Assembly (NCBI GenBank): GCA_963755915.1
Contig: CAVWLP010000003.1
Coordinates: 480,001-544,000, forward strand
Length of the DNA: 64,000 nucleotides
Reading direction: 5' to 3'
Source of the DNA: an uncultured Phycisphaerales bacterium
Lineage (GTDB): Bacteria; Planctomycetota; Phycisphaerae; Tepidisphaerales; Tepidisphaeraceae
The position numbers were made by a program, and so were the translations under genes. A model generated the notes under the pieces. It did no database searches. It saw nothing but the letters and a program-made list of their open reading frames with translations, and was not told the origin of the DNA. This document shows, piece after piece, positions 62,474 through 64,000 of the stretch. Within the stretch, counting starts at the first letter, position 1; every line of letters begins with the position of its first letter.

Positions 62474-63599
62474 ATTCTTCAGGCGTCGGCATCAGCAACG
62501 GCGCCTTTCGAAGGAAATAGGAAAATGCCGCGTACCACACGCCTCCAATGCCGACCCACGCCAGTACGTCAAACGGCGACAGCAAAAATCCGCCATGAGG
62601 ATCGGCCTGAGCCTGCGGTCCGATGTTCCAGTAGAGATCGAGAATTCGCAGCCCGAGCAGCACCGCGCAAAGGGTTCCCAGGCGATTGATGTCCTGCTTT
62701 AACGGCCGCATCAAAAGGAGAATCAAAGGAATCAGAAAATGAACAAAAATGATGATTCCCGCCACAATCCGCCAGCCGCCATAAGTTCTCTGCACATACC
62801 AACCAATGTCCGGTTGCTCGTTCCCAGTCCAGGTAATCAGATACTGCGCGAAGTTCATGTACGCCCAAAGAATGATGAACATCAGGAGCAGATTGCCCAG
62901 GTCAATGAAGTGTTTAGGTTTGACAAACCGGGCGATCGCGGGACGGCCGACTCGGCTCCAAAGAATAACAATCGTGAAACACAAAGCGGTCAGCGTCTGA
63001 GCGATTATCAGAATGAATCCGAAAACGCTGCTGGTCCAGTGTGCCTGGCGCGACATGATCCAGTCCACCCCAGCCAGTGTCATAAAGACAACATAAATCA
63101 CCAGGCCGCCAGCGCTGATCCTGCGTCGAAGTCCTTCATCGCCCGAATACGTCAGGCCAAATACCATGCCGATCCAGACGAGAAAATAAATGACGAAGCG
63201 GATGGCGAACCATTGCGGGTTCAGATAAGAATGGACGTGCCGTAGAATCGGATCGGCGGCAAGTTCCGCCGGACGCGCCCACGGAAACAAAATGTGTAAT
63301 CCAAGAAAGATCGGCAAAAAGAGAATGAAAAGTAATGGAAGCACCCGCGATGCCGATAGCGTGATCGGATGGATTAGCGTGCCCCAACCGCCGCCCGTGA
63401 GATGATGCATCATCGTCAGGGCCATTCCCCCAAGGGATATGGCCAGCCAGAAAAGGCACGCGAAGAGATAGGCATTGAAGAATTGTTCGCGCATCGTTTG
63501 CCGCGCACAGGCGGCGGCGCATATCAACAGGGACGAGCATCCCACGATCAGGGCATATCGATTGGCCAGCGCAATTCCATGTTCCACGCGTGAGCTCAT
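62433..63599 (-). CDS. actF: Alternative complex III membrane subunit ActF
   Basis: HHLTGGGW, LFPWA, DWIMS, DLGNLLL, WAYMNFAQYLITWTGN; ~10 TM. Confidence 0.88.
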   Translation of the reverse strand: MSSRVEHGIALANRYALIVGCSSLLICAAACARQTMREQFFNAYLFACLFWLAISLGGMALTMMHHLTGGGWGTLIHPITLSASRVLPLLFILFLPIFLGLHILFPWARPAELAADPILRHVHSYLNPQWFAIRFVIYFLVWIGMVFGLTYSGDEGLRRRISAGGLVIYVVFMTLAGVDWIMSRQAHWTSSVFGFILIIAQTLTALCFTIVILWSRVGRPAIARFVKPKHFIDLGNLLLMFIILWAYMNFAQYLITWTGNEQPDIGWYVQRTYGGWRIVAGIIIFVHFLIPLILLLMRPLKQDINRLGTLCAVLLGLRILDLYWNIGPQAQADPHGGFLLSPFDVLAWVGIGGVWYAAFSYFLRKAPLLMPTPEEYGSTYGTPEPESA

Positions 63600-64000
63600 C
63601 GTGGTTCCCCCAGTTCCCGTAATTGGCCGGCGTCGAGTTGCTTTTGGGGCGTAGCCTGGCTCATTTGCAGAGTGCGGATATACGCGACAATGGCCCAACG
63701 GTCGGCGGGTGAAACGCGGTCGCCGTAGCTGTACATCGCTCCATAACCATTGGTGATCACGTCGAAAATATGCCCCACCGACGCCACCCGGAGGCGATCG
63801 AGGTGATAGCTCGGCGGCGGCACAAACCCCCGTTGCATGATGATCCCCAGGCCGTCCCCCGCATCGCCGTGGCACATGGCGCAATAAATCGTGAATTGCT
63901 CCTGGCCGCGGTAAAGGACCGAGGCAAGCGCCGGTCCCTGCGTGGGGAATGGTCCGTCGGCCTCAGTTGGATAGTGCTCCGGGAAAGACAGCGCCGGCTT
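63596..64000 (-). CDS. Alternative complex III monoheme cytochrome c ActE-like (5' part outside window)
   Basis: RGQEQFTIYCAMCHG, VITNGYGAMYSY, DRWAIVAYIRTLQ; ATGA overlap with actF. Confidence 0.85.
   Translation of the reverse strand, partial: KPALSFPEHYPTEADGPFPTQGPALASVLYRGQEQFTIYCAMCHGDAGDGLGIIMQRGFVPPPSYHLDRLRVASVGHIFDVITNGYGAMYSYGDRVSPADRWAIVAYIRTLQMSQATPQKQLDAGQLRELGEPR

Larger units (their letters stand above)
36101..64000. mobile_element. Possible tRNA-Met-integrated genomic island carrying stress/respiration genes (extends beyond window)
   Basis: Orientation of the tRNA fragment puts the integrated DNA on this side; no integrase seen in the window. Confidence 0.35.

Noticed and set aside
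1-64000. CRISPR array, rRNA, reverse transcriptase or known defence operon
   Set aside because: No regularly spaced repeats, rRNA-like sequence or diagnostic motifs seen; YhcG alone is insufficient.

Overview
GC-rich bacterial window; a planctomycete (Phycisphaerae-like) host is only inferred from protein style (e.g. PATQPS motifs, planctomycete-type imuA/imuB overlap). 1-~36 kb is a rearranged Tn4371-like integrative conjugative element. It has trbF-trbG-trbI-DUF2274 on +, converging on relaxase-traG-RHH-trbB on -, and a candidate oriT at ~11.06 kb. To the right lies a leading region (parB, ssb, DUF932, hairpin-rich ssi-like DNA), cargo (hybrid histidine kinase, SRAP, novel secreted proteins) and an imuA-imuB-dnaE2 cassette. 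A 2.6-kb large-serine-recombinase element (15739-18383) is inserted in the leading region. Its ends can be read directly, and its predicted excision circle would join an RBS+ATG from the right end in frame to the otherwise headless DUF5372 gene at the left end; this is the most striking observation. A 3'-half tRNA-Met at 36058-36100 marks an att junction. Right of it lie a general-stress cluster (DUF6496, MgtC, SDRs, ligD-ku, Rieske/FAD oxidoreductase, PPase, enolase-superfamily, TPP enzyme, PPC, FAD/FeS oxidoreductase, GH15) and the distal part of an alternative complex III / caa3 (A2-type) oxidase operon. Many genes carry single frameshifts that look like sequencing errors. All family calls are from motif recognition by eye, not database searches.
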